From assembly GCF_025526975.1 (NCBI RefSeq), contig NW_026515674.1, positions 496,001-560,000 on the forward strand: a DNA stretch of 64,000 nucleotides. The letters run 5' to 3'. Shown piece after piece: positions 34,031 to 48,476 of this stretch. Position 1 is the stretch's first letter; the number at the start of each line of letters is the position of its first letter. The translations under genes were made by a program, and so were the position numbers. A model generated the notes under the pieces. That model was not told where the DNA came from. It searched no databases and was given only the letters and a program-made list of their open reading frames with translations. The DNA comes from Fimicolochytrium jonesii (lineage: Eukaryota).

Positions 34031-37000
34031 TCAGGACGACGAGCTACCACCGTCTGATCCTGCCGCTCCATTGTTCCTGTTTTGAGTCCCATTGGGTTGG
34101 TAGGCGGGGCTCATCGGGCTGTAGGTGCTTCCGCCAGCAGCTGGGCTCATAGGAGTGTACGACGGCGTGCTGGGCGAATACATCGGACTTGCCGCCGCGG
34201 GGCTGTAACCTCCTCCCGCAATCGCTGAACCTCCCGCTGGCGAGTTGGGCGAGAAGGTTGGGCTAGTCGGAGAGTAGGTGGGGGACGTGGGGGAATATGT
34301 GGGCGAAGTGGGGGAATAGGTAGGCGATGTCGGCGAGTACGTTGGTGAGGTTGGTGAGTATGTTGGAGATGTGGGCGAATATGTAGGAGAGGTGGGCGAG
34401 TACGTCGGAGACGTGGGAGAATAAGTGGGAGACGTTGGAGAGTAACTCGGCGACGTAGGGCTGTAGCTCGGGCTTGTCGGCGAGTAGTTTGGACTGGTTG
34501 GACTGTAACTGGGGCTCGTCGGAGAGTAGCTAGGACTGGTGGGCGAGTAGCTCGGGGATGTTGGGGAGTATGACGGACTCGTCGGCGAGTAGCTCGGGCT
34601 AGTTGGAGAGTAACTCGGCGACGTTGGGGAATAAGATGGACTCGTCGGCGAATAGCTAGGTGACGTCGGTGAATACGAGGGGCTTGTCGGCGAGTAACTC
34701 GGAGATGTCGGACTGTAGCTGGGGCTGGTCGGACTGTAGTTCGGACTTGTGGGGCTGTAACCAGGGCTAGTGCCACCTCCGTAACCAGGGGTGAACGCAG
34801 GTTTCATACCCGCATCTGGACCGTACGGCGAGAAAACGACGGGTCCCATAGGGGAGTACCCACCCATAGGGGTGTATCCGCCGCCAGCGCTGCGATCGAA
34901 GTACGGGGTGTGGGCGGGCGACATGAAACCCGGGGTGAAGCCACCGGTGTCCATGCCGTGGCTTGAGCCAAGACCAAGGTCCACCGGCGCGTTCTTGAGA
35001 ACGTTCTCGTCCAGGATTACATCAATGAACCCGGTCCCCATGGGTGCCAGCTGCCCAAGAATGATGTTCTCGGACACACCCCGACAGTCGTCCACCTCAC
35101 CCTGTCCAGCCGCCTCAACTAGCAGCTCAACCGTCTCTTCGAAAGACGATCGAGCAAGAGCGCCAGCTTCCGTGCGGTTGATGCCATGACGCGTGATAGC
35201 CATCAAGGTTCCCCGCTGCGTCATGATATCACAAAGCATCGCCAAATGCCTGTAATTGACGTACGAACCGTCGTTCTCAATGACTCCACGCACTTCTTTG
35301 AGGACAGCCGCACGAGTCGCTTCGATACCAAACACTTCGCCGATCTCGACGATGAAGTTGGACGTGGTCTGTCGTTGATCGACACCTTCGTGAGCCAACA
35401 CGGCAGCAAGACCGGTTCCTTCCGTTTCCAGGTACCACTCTTTGATGCCCGCTGGGTTGAGCCTTCCCGTTTCATCGTACGTCGGCCGAGAGATCTCGCT
35501 CAGGTAGGCACGATGAATACCAGGTATACCCGCCAACGTGATCTGATTTAACATGTTCTCCTCGACTTTTCGCAAGAACTGGTCTTCATCCAACTTGCCG
35601 TCCTCATCCCCGTCGCCGTCCTTGGTATCGGTTTTGATACGAGCCAGGATAACCATATCCTTCGCGTTATCGTCGGACACCCAGCATTTGACATCCTGAT
35701 CAAACACTTCTTGAATTTTCGTACTAATGTCGAACAACGACAAATTTTTGTCTGACTTCGCCTTGAAGTTCAAGATGATACGAAGGACCCACGGCGAGTA
35801 GTTGCCCAACTCCGCTGCGTCTTCCATTTCCGCCCAGGCTTGCATGATTTCCCGATCCGATTCGATGACCGAGTTCAAAGGATCAGGGTCGTACCAAATC
35901 TCAGTTTTACTGGTCAGGTTTAACAAAGTCGTGTGTTGCAACTGTTCCGCAATGACCTTTGCCGTATCGGCCGAGGCGCTGAACTCTGGTAGCAGATAAA
36001 CCGAGAGACCGGGCGTCTTCGTGTTTTTCGCCACGTTGATAATCTCCTTCAAACGCGGTACACCCTGCGTGACGTTCTTGGAACCCACACCAGCCAAGTG
36101 GAAAGTGTTCAACGTCATTTGAGTCGCGGGCTCTCCAATCGACTGAGCAGCAAGCACTCCGACCATCTCGCCGGGGTTCACCAAGCACTGGTTGAAACGG
36201 GTGTTGATTTCGTCGATGATCCAATCGAAAGCTTCGCTGGTGAGATGGAACTCTTCAATGACACGGCGCGACGAGAGAACGCTACGAATCAGGATATGGA
36301 ACAGAAGAGTCGCGTTTTCTTGACCTTCTTTGGACAATTCATCGTGTCCACGAACAACAACCAGCCTGTCAAGGAGACTCTTGACCGAGTCCATGACGTT
36401 CAGAGGGTGCAAGTTCGTAGGTTTCCTCCGGTCAATGTTGAACGCATGTTGTGCGTTCCACACCATTCGATGGATGTTGAGTGGTAGCGGCCACGCTGTG
36501 CTGCTATTCCGCCCGAAGATCTCCTTTCGCAGCGTTTCACGATCGAGCTCCAGCTGCTCGAACTCAGCGTCAAAGCGAGCCTGAGCACTCTCGTTCATCA
36601 GATCCTCGGAGATCTTGAACTCCAACGAATTGTTCTTGAAACGGAACTTGTCCGACGCCATGTCAACCTTGTATTTGTTCACAAACTCGTTGTCGTCAAT
36701 CGCAAAGCTGTCCAGTGTCTGCCTCTCGACCTTGGCTCCGTCCATTCCGTCTTCACCGTAACAGAACTGGACAATCTCTCCAAGAGCGTTCCGAACAGTT
36801 CCGTCGTATTGAGCCATCAAATCTTCCAGCGCCTTCACCAAACGACGTTGGATATAACCGGTTTCGGCAGTCTTGACGGCGGTGTCAATGAGACCTTCAC
36901 GACCTCCCATAGCGTGGAAGAAGAACTCTTGCGGTGTGAGGCCACGCAAGTACGAGTTTTCCACGAATCCACGGGCTACAGGTGTGTGATCATCCTTCGT

Positions 37001-39919
37001 GAAATGCGGAAGCGCGCGGTATTTGAAACCGAAGGGAATGCGCTTTCCTTCGACGTTCTGCTGACCGACACAAGCGGACATTTGCGCCACGTTAATGTAT
37101 GATCCTTTGGACCCAGCTACGACCATCTGCTTCACGTTGTTGAACTCCTTCAAGGTGTTCTGAGCACTTTTACCAGCTCCGTCACGGGCTTTGTTGAGTT
37201 CCTTCGTGATTTGAGCTTCGAAGGTTTCGCGGACGTTCATACCAGGAATCACCTCCAGTTGGCCCTGGTGCGCCGATTTGATGATTAGATCGCAAGCCGA
37301 CTTCGCTTTGCTAATCTCGTCGTTGATCTGCTCAGTAGTCTGGGCGTCAGCGATGGTATCTCCAATGCCAATGGAAAAGCCGTGTTGCAAAAGCCAGTAG
37401 TTGACAACGGTCTGACATCCGTTGAAGAACTTCTTCGCCGTTTCGGGACCATGCTCGTTCATGGTGACGTGAACAATACCGCCGGCGGTCGCACCAACCA
37501 TCGATTTGTCCAGAATACCACTCAACAGCTCCCCATCTTGAATCAGCACGCGACAGTCGGGAATATCTATGTCAGGGTTCGTTGCTGAAGCCACGAACGC
37601 GGTATGTTTTCCGTTGACATTGATCTTCGGCGGCAGGACCAGACTGATGATTTGCTTCCCGGTCCACAGAGGCACCGGCTTCAGGATCGCTGGTTGCGGT
37701 ATTGTTCCATCCCAGTCCGGAACCCACATCAGCAAGTTCATGACCAGATCCTTGCGCATGAAGGTGTCACGCTTCGTAAACTTGCGGATACCGCAAAGGG
37801 TGTCCTGTACAATACCCATGATCGGGGCATTTTTCTGCGGCGACACAATCTGCTTGGGGACCATGCAAATCTCCAGAAGCTCGGCCTTGGTCTCGTAGGA
37901 TCTTTTAACATTATTTCAGCTGTGCTTCCATAACCTGACCGTTCTTTGTAGTTTCACTTACTGCGGAACGTGCAAATTCATTTCGTCTCCATCGAAATCG
38001 GCGTTGTAAGGACTTGTAACGGACAAGTTCAACCGGAACGTAGAATACGGCATGACTCGAACTCTGTGACCCATCATACTCATTTTGTGCAATGAGGGCT
38101 GACGGTTGAAGATGACAATGTCATCGTCCACGAGATGTCGCTCCACACGATAGCCACTCTGCAGATGGATATCTGCACCGCGCCTGTTGTATCGCAAATC
38201 GATACGCTGTCCGTCGTCCTTGATGACGTACTTGGCACCAGGATGCTCCATCGGTCCATTCTTCACCATCGCCTGAAGTTTATGGATGTTGTACGGCGTG
38301 ACCATTTCTGGGAACGTCAAGTTTCGAGCGATACTGCGTGGAACTCCGACTTGATCGATGGACAAGTTCGGATCTCCCGTGATGACCGTACGTGCGGAGA
38401 AGTCCACTCGCTTCCCCATCAAGTTCCCACGAAGACGGCCTTCCTTCCCCTTCAGACGGGCGCGAATGGACTTCAGGGGCCGACCGGACTTTTGCAGAGA
38501 TTGCGGTACACCTGCGAGATCGTTATCCATGTACGTCGCGATGTGGTATTGCAGGAGGTTTTCGTACTCGGTGATGATGTGTGCCGGAGCGCCATCGGTC
38601 TCATGCTGCCGTAACGAATTGTTGGCCAGAACGATATCGCGAAGCTTGTGCGTTAAATCGTCCTGATTGGTCGCAACACCGTCCATGCTCACAGCTGGTC
38701 GGACAGCCATTGGGGGCACTGGCAGAACTGAGATCAACATCCACTCAGGGCGGGCCCATTGAGGATTGAGACCCATGCTGACGCAGTCTGCATCGGTGAT
38801 TTTTTGGAAGAGCTGCAACACCTTTTCGGCGGTAAGAGGGAGCGACTTTGCCGCCTCCTGGCCGCTTTCAATCTGCAAAAGGGTTTTACATAAGCAGGCG
38901 TTATGAGCGACCAGGAGAGCACAAACCCTTACCTCGTCCTTGGTGGATTTCCAGAACGTGGACAATGAAAGCGTGCCGTCCTTCTTGAACACTGGTTGCC
39001 TTCCGCCACAACCCCCGTGATTATTCTTCTTGGGCTGCATTGGGTCCTCCATCTGAAGCGAAGTAGATTAGTCTGAGCACGATCGCCCGGGGAAAATAAT
39101 GCAGGAACATAATGTTGCCATGCACATACATCATCGTCGTTCAGTTCTGCGCCTTCACAGATCATTTTCCCTTTGCAAAGATCCCATGTTTCCTCAAAGA
39201 GCCGTGCCCGGTTTTTCAGTCTTTGCAGAGCAGCGAATCTCGTGTTCGTGTAGTCAACCTAAAACGTGAACCATTCCGATCAGCAGAGGGGATGAATAAT
39301 GTATAGTTGACTTGCCAATTCTCACCTTCAGTTTCCCGCAATGGAAACAGACACATTCCAAAACCTTTTTGACCTTCTTGATCAAACCTGGTGCCCAAAA
39401 TCCAGGAGAGTTAGTTACAGTTGAGGGGAAGAGCATGAGGAGCCTGGCCCCCGATACCGACCTCCATGGAAAACAGGTTTGGCAAGGTCAATGTGACCAA
39501 AGTGTCCAGGGCAGTCCGTCATGTTCTCGCCACAAGTGGCACATTTGAAGTTCCTATCGGTCGTCCCAAGTCTCCGATCCAGAAGACCACCTTGCTTGGG
39601 ATTGTTTTCGGATTCGTAGAACTCGGAATGCTCAACTTTGACTACAGACATGGCTTTCTGTTGTTTGCCAAACGCCGTGCAGAATGAGCATAAGAAAGGT
39701 CAATCAGAGGTTTCCAGATGGATTTACGGAAGGCAGATGGAATAGAAAGTACGCCGCAAGGTCTGAGAAAACCTTCAACAGAAGCCACAATAGGATAAGG
39801 AGCAACGCCAGATAACATACCGTATCTTCAGGCGAGAGCACACCGAACTGGATTTTTTGCGTCTTCCGCAACGGCATAGCCGAAGGCGGAAACAGGTGAA
39901 TTCCTCCGGAGTGAACCAT
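34031..39919 (-). CDS. RPB1: RNA polymerase II largest subunit; multi-exon
   Basis: [30 protein letters not shown] and a CTD of 24 YSPTSPx heptads. Confidence 0.99.
34256..34759 (-). repeat. RPB1 CTD heptad repeats (24 x 21 nt)
   Basis: 15 YSPTSP(S/N) followed by 9 YSPTSPT. Confidence 0.97.
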
Positions 39920-40988
39920 CGTGAAGATTCGATATCAGAGGTGCGAAACTTTTGAATTGGACTCCGAAAGGCCGGGCGGTAGCAACGGAAAGCGGAGAGC
40001 GGACGAGTCTCTTTCGATTCGAGCACGTTGACCACTTTCACGAGCGGACTGAGGTTATGTCACGCTTGCTGATTACGATGCTCGGACGTGCAGAGAGAAT
40101 CTTGCGATCAACTTCGAGCGCACCGCGGCAATTCCGGCCACCGTGAAGAAGTCCGCGCAAGACGGCAGGTCCAGCCGAAGCTTGATCGATCGAACTTTTA
40201 TACGGTTTGCGTGGGAGATTCAGTTTGAATCCATGAAAAAAATACGCCAGACAAAACAACTCCCTGAGAGAGGGTTTACAATCTTCGAACGCAGAATCTC
40301 CTTATGCTCCTCGTCACTTTTTTCATAAGCGGAAGGTAAGGGTGGTATTCTCTCGGAAGCGACGACACTTTTGTCACCGAACCAAGTCTGTGAAGGCAGC
40401 CAAATCAGAAACAAGAACTCGCGAGATTCGTGGATCCTCCGACCCGCCACCCTTCTCTCGCGCTCCACACTCCGTCCTCACAGCAAGCAGCAGCAGCAGC
40501 CAGCAGCAGGCCTCCAGAGCCCGGGAGGGTATGCAGTGTACCTTTTCGTTCTCGTTTGGTCGTCTTAGCAGTGAAGCAGGACGAGCGCGAGACGGAGATC
40601 GATGGAAAGGGAACGAACGACCGGCTGGCTGTCGCTGCGTCGTCGCTTGTGGGAAAACCCTTGGTTGGCCCCGCAAGTCGCTGCCCCTCTCATCAGTCTT
40701 CCATCACACGCACATCACAAATCAAACTGGGACACGTGACGTGTTATATTCCCTTGCGGTTTTCACCAACAACGATCTCATTTCAGAACCTACGTACGTG
40801 GACTCAATAGCGTAGTAGTGTTGCTTGCTCTATATGATCTGACGGATTAAATTAAGAGACACTGTACAATGCTACATGCAAAGATGCAACGATGCCTGTT
40901 CGTTCGTAGCGGATGACCATTAGGAACCAAGTCCACAGGGGCACATGCTAACCAACTTCCTAATGGCTCCATTCGCCCTTGGACTAGC

Positions 40989-42825
40989 CTACATGATCCT
41001 AAATCCATCCTCTGCCACGCCGTTGGACACCTTGATCTCATCAACCGGATCTGCTTGGCGGACACCGCTCGCCAATGATGCCGACTGTCCCAGGAGACCG
41101 GCAAAAAGTTCCTCACTCATCTCGTCGTGCCATGTGCCTTGCGGCTGTGGTGCCATGTAGTTCGTGAGCTTCTCGTGTATATGATACCGGATCTTACGGC
41201 CTTTGGAGGCGCGGGTGTCGACCTTCTTCTTTTTCTTGGAGCTGTTCTTGAGCGATTTGAAGTGCGCCCATTTTAGACCGTTCAGCACAGCATCATCTAC
41301 GGAATAGGATAATTGTCAGACCACGGAAGAGTTACATGAGTGAGGAAGGCTTCATGCTTCACGCACCTGTGTCGGTCATACGGCTTTCGATGAGCTCCTT
41401 CAACAGTTGCTGATAGAAATCACCATCATCGAAAATCTCCGCGTCGTGATTCGATAAGTGCGCATCTGCACCGTTACGCCCTTCAGTCGCCGCCCTTTCA
41501 TCCTCTTCAGTTTTCTCTTCTTCCCCCAAGCACCTATAATCCGATCTCCGCAGCTGAGACCGTTTTATCAACCGCTCCTTATCGCCAACAGTCTGTCTGA
41601 TTTGGCTGACTACGCTCTGATTGATTGATTTGAACTTCTTCTGCAGTGGCGCCAATGCCCCCGTCGCCATTTGCACCTTGTTGTTCCATTTGTCGATGGT
41701 AGCATCCCGATATTGTTTGAATTGTGTGTCAATAGGGTTCAGTTGTTTCCAGAGGGTTTCCAGCTGTATCTCAGTGGTATCCGACGGATCGCGCTTCCGT
41801 TTTCGTGCGGATTCGGCGGCAGGAACCGCTGCAGCGACTTGAGGATTTTGTGATATCAGAGACGTCCGAAGCGATATCAGGCCGTCCACCAAGTTGAAAA
41901 GTTCATCCGATGTCTCCGCGAGAGCCGCCCGGTCGGTCTCGGAAGCGGTGTTGTAGAAAGCAGGGTAGGTATCTGGTTTGGGAAAGCGGTTTGCGATAGA
42001 AACTGTCCTCTGAATACGGATTCGGCTGTCTAGAAGATTGTCCCAAAGCATCTGTGCATCGAGAAATTAGTTCGACCTTACTCAAATAGAGCGCAGTACT
42101 TTTGTGAGCTCAAATGCACGCGAGATTACTCACAATCTGTGCGCGGACATGGTGTCCTTTTTCCACATCCGCTTTCGCTGACACAGACATCTTCTTTATG
42201 AGTTTGCTCTCTTCTGCGGCCAACTGCTGGAGTTCCTTTGCAACGCGAGCCTGGGAATGGGAGATTCCCTCTGCTTGGCTCTGGTCCTCGCTTTCTTCCT
42301 CCTCGTTGTCAGACTCATCATCCTCGCCCACTTCGTCCTCATCGTCTTCCTCGTCGTCTTCGTGACCGCCTTCACCAAAATCTTCTTCAAAATCTTCGCC
42401 TGACGCAGACTCTCCTCCATCTGCGCTTTCCAACCCTTCTCCATCCTCCGATAACCCCTCCTCCTCGCCATCGTCAGAACCGTCCTCGTCGCCACTCCCG
42501 CTCGCTTCGTCGCCGAAAATCGCGTTTCGGGACACTTTTTTGCCGCCGTACTTTACATGATCCAGCTCAACCCCCGCAAGATCTCGGAGACGGCCACGCC
42601 TTTCGGGAACCCTCCATGTTAGCTACATTGCCCATGTGCCCAATAGCGTTCCCATTTCTTAACTTACCCCACTTTCACATAGTGCTCCGTCGCGTCTTCA
42701 CCCTCGTCCGCGCTATTTGCATCCGAGTCGTTTCCGCCAAAAGCGTCTGCTGCATCCTTCTCTGGGTCGTAGTCGACTGGCTTCGTAGAGGAGACGTCCT
42801 CCAATAGGCCTTGTAGAAGCGACAT
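40989..42825 (-). CDS. BFR2: SSU processome factor BFR2/AATF; multi-exon
   Basis: Acidic N-terminus, LWDNLLDSRIRIQR, IFDDGDFYQQLLKELIE, KKVDTRASKGRKIRYHIHEKLTNYMAP. Confidence 0.95.
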
Positions 42826-43242
42826 TCTAGTCGTTGCGTGAGGTGTGCGTGTCAAAAGTGCGAAAGTTGGGGCATCTACTACAGGTGCTGCTGCGGGGCG
42901 CCACGTCGACGCCACACGCGTCTTCACGTGACTTTCTTTTTAATAGTTTATCGCCACCCATGCCCTTGTCTTCACCGCCGAAATACCATTCTCGCCAGAG
43001 GTAGACTTTAAACGACATCGGAAAGACTATCGGAGGGATCTCATAGCCCACCGCAACTATAACGTCCGCAACCACTATGATGCCTGGGCCCAACGGCGAC
43101 GCCCTGCCGCACCGCGCCCTCCCCATCCCCAACCATCTCACTTATCACCTTGGCGGGTGAACTGGTGTCGGTGGCATTATGGCTGGCAGTGGTGACACAG
43201 TCCACGGCCTTTCAAATCGAGGGCCAATGATCCACGACGACG

Positions 43243-44419
43243 GTGAGCAGACACGGTATCACCCCGATGCAGCGTCCACATCTATTGGTGTTGACGAAGC
43301 GGCGGGCAGCGAAACAGCGCAAGCGTAGATACCGGGCAAAGATAGATATCGACGCGAAACGGCATCTACGGGCAGGGCACCACCCACATCCGCGTCCGCC
43401 GTCCCGCCACATCCGCAACAGCAGCAAGAGCAGAACCAACGGCAAGCCGCATCTCTCCAAGTCGTTGGCGGTGGCCTCGCACCTCCCCCAAGTGGTTCTC
43501 GCACGCCCACCACCAACGTCACCCGTCCTGACTGAGTTTGCACCAGCGTACTTGGCGTTCTCTCAGGCGATTGGGAGCTTTGTGGCTGTTCTCGCACAAT
43601 TCGCACCCGTGGCCTCGGCCGCTTTCACAAACGCCCTTGTCACCTTCTCGGCCTCGTTCGCCAGACTTTCCTCAAATGCGGGGCGCACGGATGCATACAT
43701 ATCGGAATTGGAAAAGCAAAACGAGTGGTATCGAAAGAAGATTCAGCGACTGATGTCGCCGCCAACCCCTTCTCCTTCCTTAACAATTCTCTCAAAGTTT
43801 GCTGAGGAAAAGAGGGAATTGGCCACACTCTGTCAAGTGGGGGAAACGAGCGAAACATTTCAGGTGCTGCTTACCTGTTTTCCCGTCTTCCACGGATCCA
43901 AGGCCCGTACGTCATGACATCCGCGAGTATTGGGCCAACAACCTACAAAGCCGTCATCTATTTTGCGTACGTACGAGAAGCTATGGAATCAACATTCCCA
44001 ATGCTTGGATTCAAACATCTCTACAGCTTATTGTCAACCACATCTTCTTCGCCGGCGACAAAATGCTTTATCTTGTAATGGCATGGAATGCGGTCATTGC
44101 GGAGGCAGGGGACCGAATCAGAACCCGTCACATGACGAATCTGGAGAGGAAGCATGCGATCAATCTCCTGCAGCTCGTCGACGTAGCGTTTCTCTATGGA
44201 CTGGTTATGGCCATGATGCGGCTAGGCATTAGCACCTTCAAGGCTGGTGCAGGCCCAAGTAATGGGCACAGCGGGCACAGCGAGGGTTGTCGGGTGATTA
44301 GTGAGTACTGTTTGGCGACCAGAGCTTCGTCGACACTTACCTCACCTCCGTATCGGCTGAGGCCACCGAGTGGAACGCTAGGCCCGTATCCTGGCCCGTA
44401 TCAGCCCATTGCATTGTAG
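43243..44419 (+). CDS. Hypothetical or decayed orphan gene; structure unresolved
   Basis: Two overlapping ORFs over 200 aa with a short coiled-coil and hydrophobic stretches; no recognisable motif. Confidence 0.25.
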
Positions 44420-44937
44420 CCAGATCAGCAGATCCGTGCCTTTTCGACTAGGCCAGCGAATGGCAACTCTTTCAAAAACCTCCAATCCTCAAACAAGCGA
44501 ACACTACCTGCTCCACACAATATTGGAATCAATACTCGTGCCAAGGTCTCCTATCTACTCGCCCGCAGTCGCGCCCTGGAAGTTGTGAGTGCCCGGCTTC
44601 ACGCAGCGCGGGAAGTACCGGGTCGAGTATGATGCGAGACCTTTGGCACGGGTATCCTGTGCAAGGCACCCGCAATATAGCCATCGTCCACCCCACCATG
44701 CAGATTGGGCATGCAGGCAAGTTCGGACATCGGGGATTCTGATGGTGGTGGGACGGGTAAACAACACCTTAACGAAGCGAAACATGGAATACGACTCAAA
44801 CCTGCCACCGCCCCACAACACCTCGGACACATCTCGGACACACCGCTTGCTTCGCTACACGCACACTACACCACCATACGGAAAGCGCCGAAAAGATCAC
44901 AGAGTTCAAGTATTAGTTAAGGTGTGGATAGCATAAC

Positions 44938-45130
44938 ATGCAGCAGGATCTCTCGCAACGACAGTCCCTCCTCCGATTTTTCAGCCAGAGCCAGACGGGA
45001 GGCGCCGGCGCCGCGCAACTGCTCAATCTTAAGAACCTGACGATATGGTCTACGACGCGGGATATCGTGCGGCAGGATTCCGTGTGGGCGCTATGGAGGG
45101 GAACGTGGCCGACGGTGCTGAGGAACGGTT
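44938..45130 (+). pseudogene. Isolated fragment of a mitochondrial carrier (SLC25 family, possibly SLC25A38/Hem25-like)
   Basis: MQQ...IWSTTRDIVRQDSVWALWRGTWPTVLRN is the matrix helix plus carrier signature; no flanking carrier sequence. Confidence 0.6.
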
Positions 45131-46154
45131 GATGGGCCAGTATTCCGACAACTATGGAATGGGACACAACGCAACGAAGATGCATGTCTAGTTCCGCGCT
45201 GCTGCTGGGGACACAACCATCGCTTCGCGGCATCCTGGGCAGGCTGGATCCGAAGCTGTCCCATTGAGAACGATGGAAGACGGGAGGCTGGGGTGAATCC
45301 GATGAGCATCATTTACGGCTCGCAGTTCCCTCTATGCTGTGCTGTTTCTCGTCTCGTTTTTAGAATTGATTTCCCTCCCTAGCTGAACCCTCGTGGCGTA
45401 CTCCATAGCATACCCTCTTGGAATACCCTATAGCAGTAGCGCTTCTCAATATATCCATTGATAGACTGATTACATACTCATTTCTGGGACTGGTTCTTCT
45501 CGATGTCAGAACCGCAGCCAACCGGTTCAAAAGAACCTCTCCTCCCACTGCCCACTGAGGAACACCTTACACCGGCCGGCAAAGCGTTGCCTGGAAGGCA
45601 ACATCGTCGAGGCGGACTCTTCTAGATTCCCGACGCACAGCATAGATATATAGATACAAACGGTCGTCCTGTCTCTGGTCCCCTCATTGAACTACTCAAC
45701 CCAGCGTGTTGTATTTTGTGATGTTGAATGAGGATTGGGTTGAGGAAGGTTGGGCAGACTTTTGGCGCCGTTATTACCCAATACGCGTTTTAACCAAACG
45801 AGAAAAAAGCATAAAGAACGGTTTGATATCCTTGCCAGGTCTAAGCCACACTCATTTTAAGGGAGGAAATCATTTTTTTGCACAACGCACGGGGTGGATG
45901 GGTGACGACGGCGCTCGCCCCTTCCCTGCTTCTGGTTTTTTTGTGAACTTGCACTGTCCCCACACGTTGTTCTCCCTTCCTACCCCACAACAACCCTAAT
46001 GTAAGCATCGGAGGCAGTCCTGTCGGCGGTGACGACCTCACAATACCCTCAGGGTTTTGGATTACTTTGGGTGGACGAGTGATCTCGGAGCCAGCATTGC
46101 TTCCGCTAGAGTTCATGTTCTAATTTCTTCTCGCTTCGATTCCCGCAGATCAAA

Positions 46155-46908
46155 ATGGCCGACGAGGAGCAACACGAAGAGTTCGAGACCGTCGGGGGTG
46201 CGTACGCAGTATATCTTTATGTTGGAACGGATAGAGGGCACTAACACTTCCTTCGCTTCATCTAGCCGGTGCCTCTTTGACCTACCCTATGCAGGTTTGT
46301 TTCGCAGGAATTGCCTATGGCTTTACATTTTTTGGACACTGGGAAACTGACATATGCAATTTCTAGTGCTCGGCTCTGCGTAAGAACGGTCATGTTGTCA
46401 TCAAGGGTCGTCCTTGCAAGATCGTTGACATGTCTACCTCCAAGACTGGTAAGCACGCCCGTTCATTGTCTTAGCTTGGCCAACTCAGTCTAACGCTACG
46501 ATGCCACAGGCAAGCACGGTCACGCCAAGGTCAACTTGGTTGCCATCGACATCTTCACCGGCAAGAAGCTCGAGGATCTCTCTCCTTCCACCCACAACAT
46601 GGACGTGCCCAATGTTGTCCGCATCGAGTACCCCCTCCTCGACATCGACGATGGTTTCTTGTCCCTCATGAAGGACGACGGCAGCACCAAGGACGATGTC
46701 AAGGTCCCTGACAACGACCTCGGCAAGAAGATCACTGAGGAATTCCAGGAAGGAAAGGAACTCATTGTGACTGTTGTCGCCGCTATGGGTGAGGAGCACG
46801 CCTTGTCCTACAAGGAAGCCCCCAAATGTAAGCAGACGAGTGTTGTTTGTTCCGTCCACCCTACATGCGAACGTCAAACTGACATCCCCATCTCCACTTA
46901 CAGCCTAA
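46155..46908 (+). CDS. HYP2: Translation factor eIF5A; multi-exon, with a probable 5' UTR intron
   Basis: [40 protein letters not shown]...PSTHNMDVP. Confidence 0.97.
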
Positions 46909-47357
46909 TCATCTGATTGCGCATCTGCCGCGGTGGTTCCGGTGTTTGCGGCGAGATAAACACTTACGTCCCGCTCCCGCATCACTCAACATTACCTACC
47001 CACAATCCTCCCACTGTCTTCGTCTTGTAACATAGAAGAGGCTTTTCCTTTGTAGTTAGTTCTTCCCTCCATAGTCCCGCATCACAAGCATTTTTTTCCT
47101 CGATCCGCTTTTTGACCATCGGAGACGACCGCAAACAAATGTTCGCCGACGTTCCCTTATACAATACATAATATGTGTGCTCAGCTTCGGTTGCAACTTG
47201 GCTTGGGAGCGGGCATAGCAACCCAATGACTCTGCGCCCTCAATGCGTCCTCAACTGGACATGATGCAGTTTGATATTAAATTGCGGAGCTATGTACATA
47301 TTTCAAGCAAGGAACCCGTTCGTTGAGGCTTTCAATCGTGAGCGGGTAGGGATCTTA

Positions 47358-47721
47358 TCAAGCAGTCTTGGCGTTGGTGGCGGCTGCCCCCGACGCTGCC
47401 CTTGGGACCGGGATGTCAAAGTCGTCGTGCCCCGTCTTGTACATGGAGTACACATCTAGAAACACACCGGTCAGCTGAAAGCAACCGACGTCCCAGAGGA
47501 TCCACCTCTCCTCCTCCCGATGCAGCTCCTCAAATAATCTCCCAGAAGCAATCTCCATCCGACTTACATATCCCCAACACAAAGGCAATCAATCCACCCC
47601 CGACTGCCATATTCCTCGTCTTATAAGGTCTCATGATCTGCATTTTCGCCTGCATGAGCTGCTCGGGTGTCATCCGCCGCTCAATTCGGTTGATGTGCTT
47701 GTACGCTTCTGTTACGGGCAT
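47358..47721 (-). CDS. COA3: Cytochrome c oxidase assembly factor 3; 2 coding exons
   Basis: RPYKTRNMAVGGGLIAFVLGI-YVYSMYKTGHDDF matches the Coa3/CCDC56 pattern. Confidence 0.8.
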
Positions 47722-48476
47722 CTAGAAAATGAAGGCAATATCCGAAAAGGTAAGCAAACGTTCAGGGATAGACGATACGGCGGTCCCATTGACGAGCGGT
47801 CGAAGGATCGCGTGGGAGAGCATCGTTAAAGGCCCCACCAACAGAGTGATCTTCCGTTCACTCATGCCTACGGTTTCGGCCGCTTTGCCATTGCTGCTGT
47901 CTCCCTCCCTCCCAGCTCCAGATTTTGACGAGACATTTCGTGGGAGAAACACAACTCACCCCAGCGAAATCCAGAGGGTGTGACTGGGGGCGCGGCGGCG
48001 CAGCGGGTGTCGGTGGGTTGGCCATTTTCTAGGTGACGTGAGTGTTGGATTTCGATAGCTGGATGCCTTGAAAGTTTAGTACAGAATGGCAAGTAGGGGT
48101 CGTCCACTTGTGTTCGAAGCAGGGTCGAAGTCGGAAGCGGGAGAAAGCCGGCGAGCAACGCAGACACGCGGGCGAGGAAAGTCAAAAAGCTCTTCTCCGA
48201 ACTCCCTGACAGAACCCGCCGGCCCAAAGTCACATAAAAGGTTAGGAGCTGCATCGACAAGACCGGCATACAGTACAGCGAAGAAGGAACCCGCCTTATT
48301 GCAGTAGCAGAGCTCAAACAGAGACGTCCATCAAGCAAGTTGTCGTCGCTCGAGTCCTCCGACTCCTCCCTTTACTCGGGGCACATTTGTCAGCCAAAGC
48401 TTGGCCTTCCCAGGCCTTCCCGCTGTCGCTTTAGAGCAAACTCGAACTGGGAAAAAGTCCCTCTTGCGGACCGGCA

